Source: Verrucomicrobiaceae bacterium (GTDB lineage Bacteria > Verrucomicrobiota > Verrucomicrobiia > Verrucomicrobiales > Akkermansiaceae). Taken from it: a stretch of DNA of 64,000 nucleotides. Shown piece after piece: positions 48,112 to 56,764 of this stretch. Within the stretch, counting starts at the first letter, position 1. The number at the start of each line of letters is the position of its first letter. The notes beneath the pieces are model-generated. The model saw only the letters and a program-made list of their open reading frames with translations, had not been told where the DNA came from and made no database searches. The translations under genes were made by a program, and so were the position numbers. Where the stretch lies: positions 248,791-312,790 of the forward strand of contig JBPOGH010000002.1 in assembly GCA_051252135.1 (NCBI GenBank). Direction: 5' to 3'.

Positions 48112-51100
48112 TTAGCGTTGGGAGACGTGGATGCGGAGGAGTTGGGCGGGGTGTTGGTCGATGGCGTCGGTGATGCGGTAGGTTTCGGTGGAGGTGCCGT
48201 CGCCGTTGTTTACGGAGTTGAGGAAGGTGACGTCGTCGATGTCGCTGGTCCAGTCGAGGAGGTTGTCGGAGATTTGGATGGTGTATTTGATGTCATCGGC
48301 GGCGAGATTTCGGCGGTAGGAGATGGTGAAGAAATCGCGGGGTGGGTTGCCGGTGCGGGTTTTGGAGGAGAAGGGGAGGATGGTGTCCCGGGCGGATTGG
48401 TCCGAGCTGCCGAAGGCGTATTCGAGGAGGGCGGGGGTGCCGTCGAAGTCGAGGTCGGCATTGGGGGTGCCGGCGAAGAGGGAGGCGTCGGATCCGCCGG
48501 GGGTGGGGGTGCCTACGCTGGGGCGCCAGTTGGTTCCGGAGTTGTGGGCGGGGTTGGCGCCCGGGTTGACGAGGACGAGGCTGGAGCCGCCGCCATCGGC
48601 GCTGAGGGGCCAGGGGAGTTGGTCGTTGAAGGTGAGGCTTTGGATGATGGAGTCATCCCGGGCGACGAGCTCGAGGTATTCGCCATCGTTGTTGAGGTTG
48701 CCCTCGAACTCGCCGGCGATGAGGGAGGCGGGGACGGAGGGGTAGCGTGCGGTGAAGGCTTCGAGCTTATTGACGATGATGAGGCGTGCGCCGGGGGAGA
48801 GGATGAGTCCGGTGAGGGAGTTGGAGAAATTGAAGGTGACCCCTTGGGTGAAGCGGACGTTGGTAAGGTCGACATTTTGCGCGGAGATGTTGGCGATCTC
48901 GATGAACTCGAATTCGCTGCGGTCGGTGAATCCGGCGGCTTCTTCTTCGAGTGAGAGGGAAGCGGGGCGGTAGTCGATTTCCGAGATGACGAGGTTTGTT
49001 TCATCGGCGAGGGCGGTATCGACGAAGAAGAAGGCGGTGTTGAGGGCGGACCACTCGGTGCCGTCGAGGGCGCGGGCCTTGAGGTCTCCGCTGTTGGCGA
49101 GGAAGAGGGCGGAGACGTCGTTGGGTTCGGTGCCGCGGAGGCGGAGGTCGAAGGAGACGTCCGAGCTGGTGCGGGAGATTTGGTGGACTTCGACGGCGAG
49201 GACGTTGGTGCCGTTGACGAGGTGGGAAACGTCGACGGCTTTGTTGTAGAAGGTTGTTTCGTCCGCTCCGCCGACGACATCTCTGGCGGTGGAGTCGAAG
49301 TTGATGGGGCCGTCGTCCATGTTGGAGCGGAAGACCTCGGCTCCATTGAGGTAGACGATGGCTCCGTCATCGCGCTGGAGTTCGAGTGAGAGGGCGGTGA
49401 AGTCCGAAGGGTCACTCACTTCGAATGTACGACGGAAGTAGTAGGTGAGGTGTTTTTGGTTTTCGACGCCCCCGAAGGAAATCTCGGTGGTGGGGTTGTT
49501 ATCGTAACCGAGTTGGGCATTTCCGGAGGGCCAGGAGGAGTCATTGAAGGCGGATTCCTTCCAGGCGGTGCCTTGGTCGGAGCCGTCGTCGAGATACTTC
49601 CATTCGGAGCCATCGGCGACGAGGGTGGTGGTGTTGACGGAGCCATCATAGATGGTGGCATCGGGATTGATGGTGCCGCCGGGGAGGCGGGGGTCGGAGC
49701 CGTTGGTGGTGTAGTAGATGGCGCCGGAGGTGTTGGACATGGTGAGTTCGGTGGCGCTGGAAATATGGCCGCCGTGTTGGCTGAAGACGGGGGCGTCGGT
49801 TCCGGGGTAGAGATTGGCGCCCCGGAGTTGCGAGAGGGCGACATTGGTGCGCTGGGGGAGGTAGGAATTGAGGAGGCGGTCGCGCTCGGTGGCCCACTCG
49901 GCATTGCGGGTGTAGGGATTGGCGCGCTTGGAGTCTCCCCAGCGGGCGGACTCGCCGACGATGGCGCGATCGATGAACGTGGCGAGGGCCTGGTAGCGGG
50001 GGACGGTTTGTTGGGAGGTGAGTGCTCCGCCATTGAACATGTGTTGGTGGGCGCGGTCGGCAAACTGGAGGCGGAACTCGGCGTTGGCGCGGAGTTGGGA
50101 GTAGAGGCGCGAGGGTTTGTCGGCTTGGCCGACGCCGGTTTTGTTGTCGCCGCCGAGGTTTTCGAGGGAGCGTTCGGCGTCCCAGCAGACGAACTTGTAT
50201 CCGCCGCCATCAACGCGGGGGTTGATGGAGTACCAGTTGTGGTCATCCCAATCGAGGTTGCCGCCCCAGAAGTTGAGCATCATGTAGTCGATGAGGTTGG
50301 GGATATCGACGAACTCGGAAAGGGCGTCGTATCCGGCTTGATCACCGACTCCGGCGTTGGCGATGTTGTGGGCTTGGATCCAGTCGGCGGCGGTGCCATC
50401 GACGACATTGCGCGGGTAGGAATTGAGGGCGTCCCAGTCTTCTTTTTTACCGCCGTAGTAGGATGAGCCGAAGTCGGCATTGGGTCGTTCGACGGCGTTG
50501 TAGATGCCCCAGTATTCGCCATTGAGGTAGAGGTGGAAGAAGGTGCCGTGCGGGGAGGCGTGGCCCATGGCGAGTTGGGAGTTGTGGATGAATTGGTCGC
50601 GGAGGTATTGGGCGCGTTCTTCCTCGGAAGTGACGCCACGGTGCCAGGTGTTGTTGAAGCCGGACCGGAGGATGATGCTATCGAAGGTTTCGACGGCACC
50701 ATTTGCATCCTCGGTGGCATCCCGGAAGAGAGGGAAGCGGAGCTTGGTGTCTCCGTAGTCGCGCTTGAAGAGGAGGCGGAAGCTGTGCTTGGGGAAGTTG
50801 GCATTGCGTCCGACGCCGCCTTGCATACGGACGCCGCACATGAGTTGTTTGTCATTTCGGCCATCGGGGTAGACGAACTCGACGGAGCCCTGGCGTTCCC
50901 AGGCGATGCCGGATTGATTGGAGTTATCGTAGATGCCGCTGCCGCCGAAGAGGCTGTTGTTGGGCATGGAGAGGGAGATGGTGGGGATGGATTTCAGGTC
51001 ATCGCGGATGGTGCTGCTGTAGGCCGGGTCATCGACGACATCGGAATCCATTTCCGGTTGGTTGATGATGTCATCGACGAAGAAGTAGGTGTGGGCGTCG

Positions 51101-53097
51101 ATGTTGGTGGGGATGAGGCCGGTTTTATAGGCGATGGCCTTGATGGGGGTGGTGGAGGAAATGGTGATGGGTCCGGTGTAGAGGGTGCCGTTTCCGGGGG
51201 TGGGATCGGAGCCGTCGGTGGTGTATCGGATTTGTGCGCCCTCGGTGGCTGTGGCGATGGTGACGGAGATGGGGGCGTCGTAGAAGCCGCGGTCGGGATC
51301 GAAGGTGGTGTCGCGGACGAAGTCGCTTTGGCCGGTGGGGTTGGTTCCGTTGGGGGTGGGGTTGTTGAAGTATCCGAAGGTGGTGCCATCGGGGTTGAGG
51401 CCGTAGGAGATGCCGGGGAATTGTTCGGGGTAGGGATCGAACTCGGACAGGATGATGATGCCGCCATTTCCCTGCTTGGTGAGGGCGAGGTATTCGCCGG
51501 AGGCGCGGAGGCTGAAGTTGGTGTGGAGCTCGGAGCCGGTGCGGTCTTTTCCGGAGGCGAAGACGACGAAGTGATCGAGCTGGTCCAGGGTCCTGTCGGG
51601 GATGCGCCACTTGGTGAGATCGTTGGGATCATCGGTGAGGTAGTAGTCGGTGAGGAGGGCGGTGGAGGCGCTGGGGTTGTAGATTTCGATCCAGTCGGAG
51701 TCGTCGCCGTCCTCGTCGGTGAGGGAGCCGGCATTGTCGGCGGAGAACTCCGAGATGACGGGCTCGCCGGGGATGATGACGGTGATCTGGAGATTCTTGG
51801 CGGAAGTGCCGTTGGGGTTGGTGGCGGTGAGAGTGAAGGTTTCGGTGCTGGTGGCGGTGTAGGAAAAGGTGGTGGTGCCGGTGACGTCGGTTCCGTTGAG
51901 GTCGAGCGAGGTGGCATTGAGGACGTTCCAGGAGAGGGTGACGGGGGAGTCGGGGGGGACGATGCCATCAGTGGCGGTGAAGAACTCGATGATGGGATTC
52001 GGGGTGACCTCGACGCTGACGGTTCGGGCGTTGGTGCCATCGGGATTGGTGGCGCTGAGGGTGTAGGTGGTGTTGGCGGTGGGTCCGGGGTCGAGGGTGA
52101 TGGAGCCGGTGCCGTTGGTGGTGAGGGGGAGGACGTCGCCGATGCCGTTGTCGATACTGATGGCGGTGGCTGATGTTCCCACTTCCCAGGAGAGAGTGAT
52201 GGGATCGCCGGTGGGGATGAAGGGGTGGTCGACGGTGAAGGAGGAAACGCCGGGTCCGGTGCTGCCGGCGACGCCGGAGCCATCGGTGGCGAGTTGGACG
52301 AAGAGGCGTCCGTCGGCGGGATCGGCTGCGAGGTAGTCCCAGGTGGTGTCTCCGACGGTGGCGGAAGTGCCGGGGCCGCAGTCGTGCGCGACGATGAGCT
52401 CGTTGACCTGGCCGAGGGTGTATTGGAACTCGGGGTTTTGAGCGAGTGAGTGGATGGCGGCGACGTGGTGGTCATTGAGGGCAGAGGAAAAGATGCCGAG
52501 GTCATCGATGCGGCCGTTCCAGGTGCGGTCGAGGCGGTCGGCGTTGGTGCCGATGGTCAGGGGTTGGCCATTGGAGTCGAGGCCGGGTCCGCTGCCGGTG
52601 GCGATGAGGGCGCCATCGAGGTAGAGGCGGGTGGCGACTCCGGCCTCCGAGACGGCGACGATGTGGTGCCATTGGCCGTCGTTGATGTTTCCACCGGAGA
52701 TATCGCCCGAGCCGCCGGCGTAGCTGATTTCATCGGTGGTGCCTCGGCGGGCGACGCGCCAATTGGAGCCTTCTCCTTTGCCGACGAGGCATTGCCAGCC
52801 TTTGTTGAAGGAATCGACGGTGCACCAGGTGGAGATGGAGATGTTGGCTCCGCCTTGGGTGACATCGGTGCTGTTTGGGATGGAGACGTAGTTGGAGCCG
52901 TTGAGTTCGAGGCCGTTGCCGAAGACGCCGGTGTTGAAATCGGCGGTGCCGACCCAGGTTCCGTTGTCGGTGGTGGTTCCGGCGGTGGAGAGGTCGTTGA
53001 GTTGGTCATCGAAGCTCCAGTAGCTGACGAGGGTGTCAGAGGAGGCAGCCCGGAGGGGGCTGAGGGCGATGAGGAGAAGGAAAAAAGCGGCGCGCAT
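48112..53097 (-). CDS. giant secreted LamG / Ig-like / LTD / CotH-kinase-family / LTD protein
   Basis: 1661 aa. The LamG domain spans aa 20-225 (YWSFDD...GRIDDLGIFSSAL). Two Ig-like repeats span aa 283-441. LTD 1 spans aa 445-575 (ISEFSADNAGSLTDEDGDDSDWIEIYN). The CotH region spans aa 700-1085 (FRLLFKRDYG, LRDQFIHNS, FHLYLNGEYWGIYNAVE, KFVCWDAE). LTD 2 spans aa 1365-1510. Confidence 0.85.
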   Translation of the reverse strand: MRAAFFLLLIALSPLRAASSDTLVSYWSFDDQLNDLSTAGTTTDNGTWVGTADFNTGVFGNGLELNGSNYVSIPNSTDVTQGGANISISTWCTVDSFNKGWQCLVGKGEGSNWRVARRGTTDEISYAGGSGDISGGNINDGQWHHIVAVSEAGVATRLYLDGALIATGSGPGLDSNGQPLTIGTNADRLDRTWNGRIDDLGIFSSALNDHHVAAIHSLAQNPEFQYTLGQVNELIVAHDCGPGTSATVGDTTWDYLAADPADGRLFVQLATDGSGVAGSTGPGVSSFTVDHPFIPTGDPITLSWEVGTSATAISIDNGIGDVLPLTTNGTGSITLDPGPTANTTYTLSATNPDGTNARTVSVEVTPNPIIEFFTATDGIVPPDSPVTLSWNVLNATSLDLNGTDVTGTTTFSYTATSTETFTLTATNPNGTSAKNLQITVIIPGEPVISEFSADNAGSLTDEDGDDSDWIEIYNPSASTALLTDYYLTDDPNDLTKWRIPDRTLDQLDHFVVFASGKDRTGSELHTNFSLRASGEYLALTKQGNGGIIILSEFDPYPEQFPGISYGLNPDGTTFGYFNNPTPNGTNPTGQSDFVRDTTFDPDRGFYDAPISVTIATATEGAQIRYTTDGSDPTPGNGTLYTGPITISSTTPIKAIAYKTGLIPTNIDAHTYFFVDDIINQPEMDSDVVDDPAYSSTIRDDLKSIPTISLSMPNNSLFGGSGIYDNSNQSGIAWERQGSVEFVYPDGRNDKQLMCGVRMQGGVGRNANFPKHSFRLLFKRDYGDTKLRFPLFRDATEDANGAVETFDSIILRSGFNNTWHRGVTSEEERAQYLRDQFIHNSQLAMGHASPHGTFFHLYLNGEYWGIYNAVERPNADFGSSYYGGKKEDWDALNSYPRNVVDGTAADWIQAHNIANAGVGDQAGYDALSEFVDIPNLIDYMMLNFWGGNLDWDDHNWYSINPRVDGGGYKFVCWDAERSLENLGGDNKTGVGQADKPSRLYSQLRANAEFRLQFADRAHQHMFNGGALTSQQTVPRYQALATFIDRAIVGESARWGDSKRANPYTRNAEWATERDRLLNSYLPQRTNVALSQLRGANLYPGTDAPVFSQHGGHISSATELTMSNTSGAIYYTTNGSDPRLPGGTINPDATIYDGSVNTTTLVADGSEWKYLDDGSDQGTAWKESAFNDSSWPSGNAQLGYDNNPTTEISFGGVENQKHLTYYFRRTFEVSDPSDFTALSLELQRDDGAIVYLNGAEVFRSNMDDGPINFDSTARDVVGGADETTFYNKAVDVSHLVNGTNVLAVEVHQISRTSSDVSFDLRLRGTEPNDVSALFLANSGDLKARALDGTEWSALNTAFFFVDTALADETNLVISEIDYRPASLSLEEEAAGFTDRSEFEFIEIANISAQNVDLTNVRFTQGVTFNFSNSLTGLILSPGARLIIVNKLEAFTARYPSVPASLIAGEFEGNLNNDGEYLELVARDDSIIQSLTFNDQLPWPLSADGGGSSLVLVNPGANPAHNSGTNWRPSVGTPTPGGSDASLFAGTPNADLDFDGTPALLEYAFGSSDQSARDTILPFSSKTRTGNPPRDFFTISYRRNLAADDIKYTIQISDNLLDWTSDIDDVTFLNSVNNGDGTSTETYRITDAIDQHPAQLLRIHVSQR

Positions 53098-53232
53098 GAA
53101 GCGGTGAGACTACAAAATTGGAGCAAAGAGAGAAGTTTGTAGTTTTGGGGTGCCGGAGAAGGGGAATGTTCCCGTCCCTGCCGGGGGACAGGAAAAATTT
53201 GGCAGAGATCGGGGTTTGAGGTATTGTAAAAA

Positions 53233-53442
53233 ATGAACGCGGCGGAGATTCAAGAGGAAGCAATGACCCTTCCGGAAGATGAGCGGGCAAGACTTGCTGC
53301 AGATTTACTGGAGTCGTTGCCCGTGGTGCTCTCTGATCCTGATGACGGGTCGGCAGAAGGACGTCGTCGCATTGATGAGATGAAGGGTGATCCTTCTGTG
53401 GGTCGCTCGTGGGAGGAGATTAGAACCGGTCTTGGCAGATAG
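53233..53442 (+). CDS. type II antitoxin, addiction-module component (Unstab_antitox type)
   Basis: 69 aa. MNAAEIQEEAMTLPEDERARLAADLLESL is the family's typical N-terminal helix. It sits directly upstream of the ParE-like ORF (TAG then GTG). Confidence 0.75.
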   Translation: MNAAEIQEEAMTLPEDERARLAADLLESLPVVLSDPDDGSAEGRRRIDEMKGDPSVGRSWEEIRTGLGR

Positions 53443-53742
53443 GTGCCCGAGTTCATTTTCCATCGGCTGGTCCAACGGGATTTGCGATCCGCTCTTGATT
53501 ATTATGACGGAGAGGGAGGCTCGAAACTCGGGGACAGATTTTTCATTGAGGTTGAGGCGGCGGTAGCATCGATCATGCAGAATCCACAGGGGCATCATTT
53601 TTCTGACGGCGAACTGCGCAGGGTTTCCTTGAAGTCATTCCCGTATCATTTTCTCTACGAAGTGGATGATCATGCTGTTTGAGTCGCGGTGTTGCGGCAT
53701 GATAGACGACATCCCAATTTTGGGCTGCGAAGAAAGAAATAA
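53443..53742 (+). pseudogene. RelE/ParE-family toxin interrupted by an in-frame TGA
   Basis: The ORF stops at TGA 53680-53682 after ...SFPYHFLYEVDDHAV. The same frame continues as VAVLRHDRRHPNFGLRRKK to TAA 53740-53742. That continuation looks like the conserved C-terminus of this toxin family. Confidence 0.65.
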
Positions 53743-53777
53743 GAGGGCGCTTCCTGCTGACTTTGGGGGGATGGACC

Positions 53778-53807
53778 TTGACGGGGGATTCTCCAAATCG
53801 ATATAAT
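53778..53807 (+). promoter_or_regulatory. near-consensus sigma70-type promoter
   Basis: TTGACG (53778-53783), an 18-nt spacer, then TATAAT (53802-53807). It lies about 85 nt upstream of the ATG at 53893. Confidence 0.4.
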
Positions 53808-53892
53808 TTCGTAATCCTGTGAAGTGGGAAATAGGGGGATGCACGCAGACCCCGGTTCCCGGGGCAGGTGATCCCTACTGTTCGCTTCAAAA

Positions 53893-54468
53893 ATGAACCA
53901 AGAAGAACTCACCGAAACGTTCAGGAAGCTGGGCGCAAACGATCCCGAATCGTGGGCAAGTTCCCAGGTGAGCGAGGGCATTCCCCAACTGGGGCGATTC
54001 TTAGTGATTCGTGCGATGTGGGACTGCGTCACTCGCGCAGGAACGACGAACTGGATCGACTACGAATTGAAGCATTCGGCTGATTCACCCCATGGCAAGG
54101 CTCTCCAACAGATGCTCGATGCGGGGGTGAGCCGCGAAGCGATAACCGAACTCGTAAGATTCAAGGAGGCGGAAGCACTTCGGGAGGTTTGCTATCTACT
54201 CGAGGATTACACCTCTGTTCCGCAGAACTCCAATCCTGACACAGGAGAGGAGTATGTCAGATGGGGACTGCACGAACTCGACGCTGAGGATCAGCCAACA
54301 GCGACCCCGATCAATGGGCTGCACGAATCCTTTTGGAGGCTCGATCCCGCGTTACCCGAGAACCAACAAAGCGAACAAGTCGGCGCTGACCAACCCGCTA
54401 CCGCTCAGGACTCGAAATCTGAGGGCAACGAAAAACCCAATCCTGAATCGGAGGCGCGCTCCCAGTAG
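53893..54468 (+). CDS. hypothetical cytoplasmic acidic protein
   Basis: 191 aa with no signal peptide, a helical N-terminal 110 aa and a disordered acidic/Gln-rich tail. Its composition differs from its neighbours (see findings). Confidence 0.55.
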   Translation: MNQEELTETFRKLGANDPESWASSQVSEGIPQLGRFLVIRAMWDCVTRAGTTNWIDYELKHSADSPHGKALQQMLDAGVSREAITELVRFKEAEALREVCYLLEDYTSVPQNSNPDTGEEYVRWGLHELDAEDQPTATPINGLHESFWRLDPALPENQQSEQVGADQPATAQDSKSEGNEKPNPESEARSQ

Positions 54469-54492
54469 CGGGCGGCAGGCCTCTGACGTTAT

Positions 54493-55116
54493 ATGAAAAA
54501 TTACATCACACTGCTGGTTTTAGGATTGATCGCTTTTACGGGATCGGCGCGGGGGGATCGGGTGGTGGATACTTTTTCGGCGGGGTTGCCATCGAAGGAG
54601 GTGAGGGAATCTTTTTCGGCACCGACGGCGACGCATTATGTGGCGTTTAAGAGTCATGCGGCGCTGGATCCAAAGTTGACGATGGGCGGGGCGCGGTCGG
54701 CTTCGATCAACATCAAGAAGGGGAAGTCGATTGCGGGTGAGTTTGATGTGCGGGCGGGGATTTACCGGGTGAGGTATGCGAAGGGGTCGGGAGGTTGGGT
54801 GTTTTTGAGTTACAGCGGGCGGCGGGGGGAGGCGCGGAAGCTGGGGGCGGATTTGAGTGGGGAGGGGAGCATTGGGGTGAAGTTGAAGTCGGCTCCGGCG
54901 GAGGGGAAGTTGACGGTGACCTTGCACTCGGCGGGGAAGTTTCAGCAGGAGTCGGTGGCGGTGACGGGGGCGAAGGAGTATCGGTTTGCGTTGTCGAAGT
55001 ATGAGGGGGTTGATCTTTCGAAGATTGATTCGATCAGTGTGGAGCTGCATGTGGTGGAGGCGAAGGAGGCGCTGAAGTTTGAGTTTTCATCGATCATGGT
55101 TTACTCGAAGAAATGA
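54493..55116 (+). CDS. hypothetical secreted beta-sandwich-like protein
   Basis: Signal peptide MKNYITLLVLGLIAFTGSARG. The sequence is beta-rich. No family was recognised. Confidence 0.55.
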   Translation: MKNYITLLVLGLIAFTGSARGDRVVDTFSAGLPSKEVRESFSAPTATHYVAFKSHAALDPKLTMGGARSASINIKKGKSIAGEFDVRAGIYRVRYAKGSGGWVFLSYSGRRGEARKLGADLSGEGSIGVKLKSAPAEGKLTVTLHSAGKFQQESVAVTGAKEYRFALSKYEGVDLSKIDSISVELHVVEAKEALKFEFSSIMVYSKK

Positions 55117-55631
55117 GGGGGTTGTTTCCAGTGCTGGTGGCGGTTTTGATGGGGTCGTGCGCGAGGGGGCCGGATGGTGGGGATGCGGAGTTGGTGATGT
55201 GGCCGGGGATGGAGATTGAGGCGACGACATCGCAGGGGACGATGCGGGTGTTGTCTGTGGATCGGATGAGGCGGCGCTATGTTTGGGAGGGGTATGATAA
55301 GACCTTTCGGCATCAGGAGCGGCGGACGCGGTGGGACGGGAGTTTGGGGATGTATCGGCCGCAGGGGGATGGGTCGATGCATGCGGTGTTGGAGGAAGGG
55401 CAGCAGCATTTTGGGTCGATGGAAGAGGCGCGGGGGTGGCTGGCGAAGAAGGGGCGATTTATGGATTACGTGTGGACGGAGGATGGGTTGGTGGTGGGAT
55501 GGAAGGAGCAGGGTCGGCCGGGGGATGGGTTTGTGGCGCTGCATGTGGAGGTGTGGCAGATTTTGGTGAAGGGGGAGAAGCCGGAGATGCGGGGAGCGGC
55601 GCCCGGGCGGATTCGGGTGGTTGGTGGGTGA
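55113..55631 (+). CDS. hypothetical lipoprotein
   Basis: The ATGA start overlaps the upstream gene's stop. The N-terminus MRGLFPVLVAVLMGSC has a lipobox-like Cys. Confidence 0.55.
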   Translation: MRGLFPVLVAVLMGSCARGPDGGDAELVMWPGMEIEATTSQGTMRVLSVDRMRRRYVWEGYDKTFRHQERRTRWDGSLGMYRPQGDGSMHAVLEEGQQHFGSMEEARGWLAKKGRFMDYVWTEDGLVVGWKEQGRPGDGFVALHVEVWQILVKGEKPEMRGAAPGRIRVVGG

Positions 55632-55696
55632 TGGGGAGGATCGGGAGGGGTCATTCGGCACTCGCAGAGTCTTCAAAGGTGGTTTAGAATGGAGGC

Positions 55697-55903
55697 ATGA
55701 CACAGATTTCAGAATTACGCCGAGCGGCAACCGAACTCTCGACGTCTGAGCGTGCGGAGTTGGCTGAGTTCCTCCTAGGGACGCTCGATGAGGCTCACTG
55801 CGTTGTTGATGATGCGGAGGTTGTGCGTCGTTCGGAGGAGCTGGATTCGGGAGTTGTTCGAGGGTTGCCCCGTGAAGAGTTTACGCGTGGGTGCGGGCAC
55901 TAA
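55697..55903 (+). CDS. type II antitoxin, addiction-module component (Unstab_antitox type), orphan
   Basis: 68 aa. MTQISELRRAATELSTSERAELAEFLLGTL has the same family pattern as 53233..53442. No intact toxin gene follows. Confidence 0.7.
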   Translation: MTQISELRRAATELSTSERAELAEFLLGTLDEAHCVVDDAEVVRRSEELDSGVVRGLPREEFTRGCGH

Positions 55904-55909
55904 ATTCTT

Positions 55910-55969
55910 GTGATGGAAGGGGTTTTTCATCCGCGAGGTGTTGGTTGGAGGGTGTTTTTTTTCTCTTAA
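55910..55969 (+). pseudogene. possible vestige of the cognate ParE-like toxin N-terminus
   Basis: A 19-codon ORF (VMEGVFHPRGVGWRVFFFS) starts 7 nt after the antitoxin stop. The GVFHP segment resembles the xxFHPEA start of such toxins. This call is very tentative. Confidence 0.2.
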
Positions 55970-56007
55970 TGGCTCGGAGGCTGGTGGGGATTGGGTAAGC
56001 TCGGGAT

Positions 56008-56712
56008 GTGAAACATTTTTCCCGATGGTTATGGGTTGTGGCGGGTTTGGCGGTGGTGGTGGGAGTTTGGTTGATGAAGGACGGGGTGGTGGGGAGTGAG
56101 GATGAAACGGGGGGTGCGATTGATTCGTTGGTGCCCGGGGATGGGGAGGAATTTCCGCGAGGGCAGAGGGTGCGGGAGCGGAGGGAGAGGGGAGATGAGG
56201 GGGTGTCGCGGGTTTGGGAGGAGGGGACGTATGAGCACAATTTGATTGGTGGGGTGATGGAGCCTTTTGATCAGGATGAGTTGGTGAGGCTGGCGGTGGA
56301 GCCGGGGAAAGATGTCTATCGGCTGACGGATTTGATTCACCGGGCGGCGGCGGAGAAGGATTTGCGGTTTCGGTATTTGGTGGAGCAGGAGAACCTGCGG
56401 GTGATCCCGGCGGTTGATCTGGCGGTGTCGGCTTACGATTATGCGGTGAACGGGAGTGAGGAGGCGTTGGATCACATTTTGGAGATTCACGGGAAGGAGG
56501 ATCCGGGGAGTGATTCGGACTCGGTGGTGACGCTGAGCTACCTGGACGAGTGGGACCGGACGATGAAGGCTTACGAGACGCACTTTGCGCAGGGGACGGA
56601 TGGGGCGGGAGGGGATGCGAAGTATGCGTTTAAGCTGAGACGGGAGTATTTGTTTCCGCATCATTTTCGGAAGTACGAGAAGCGGAAGGGGGGAGATGGT
56701 CGTGGTGATTAG
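56008..56712 (+). CDS. hypothetical membrane-anchored protein
   Basis: The N-terminal TM is WLWVVAGLAVVVGVWL. It is followed by a charged linker and a domain of about 150 aa with no recognised family. Confidence 0.5.
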   Translation: MKHFSRWLWVVAGLAVVVGVWLMKDGVVGSEDETGGAIDSLVPGDGEEFPRGQRVRERRERGDEGVSRVWEEGTYEHNLIGGVMEPFDQDELVRLAVEPGKDVYRLTDLIHRAAAEKDLRFRYLVEQENLRVIPAVDLAVSAYDYAVNGSEEALDHILEIHGKEDPGSDSDSVVTLSYLDEWDRTMKAYETHFAQGTDGAGGDAKYAFKLRREYLFPHHFRKYEKRKGGDGRGD

Positions 56713-56764
56713 GTGGGGTTTGTGATAGGGGTGGGGTTCTTCCCATTGAAGGGAACTTGTGATT

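Noticed and set aside
50533-52505. A 546-aa antisense ORF and a 503-aa same-strand alternative-frame ORF inside the CotH giant gene
   Set aside because: Both are low-complexity (Gly/Glu/Val/Asp-rich or Pro/Ser/Thr-rich). The annotated frame carries recognisable LamG, LTD and CotH motifs throughout. The same reasoning applies to 17354..18574, 21161..22213, 45225..46755, 56029..57003 and 61265..62539.
53110-53142. An inverted repeat CTACAAA...19 nt...TTTGTAG in the 5' leader of the CotH giant gene
   Set aside because: It has only 7-bp A/T-rich arms with a long loop, so chance occurrence is plausible. No second copy occurs elsewhere in the window.
53680-53682. The in-frame TGA of the ParE-like gene as selenocysteine or programmed read-through
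   Set aside because: The position lies in a beta-strand region where homologues have ordinary aliphatic or basic residues, not Cys. No stem-loop resembling a bacterial SECIS follows immediately. A nonsense mutation or a sequencing error is far more parsimonious.
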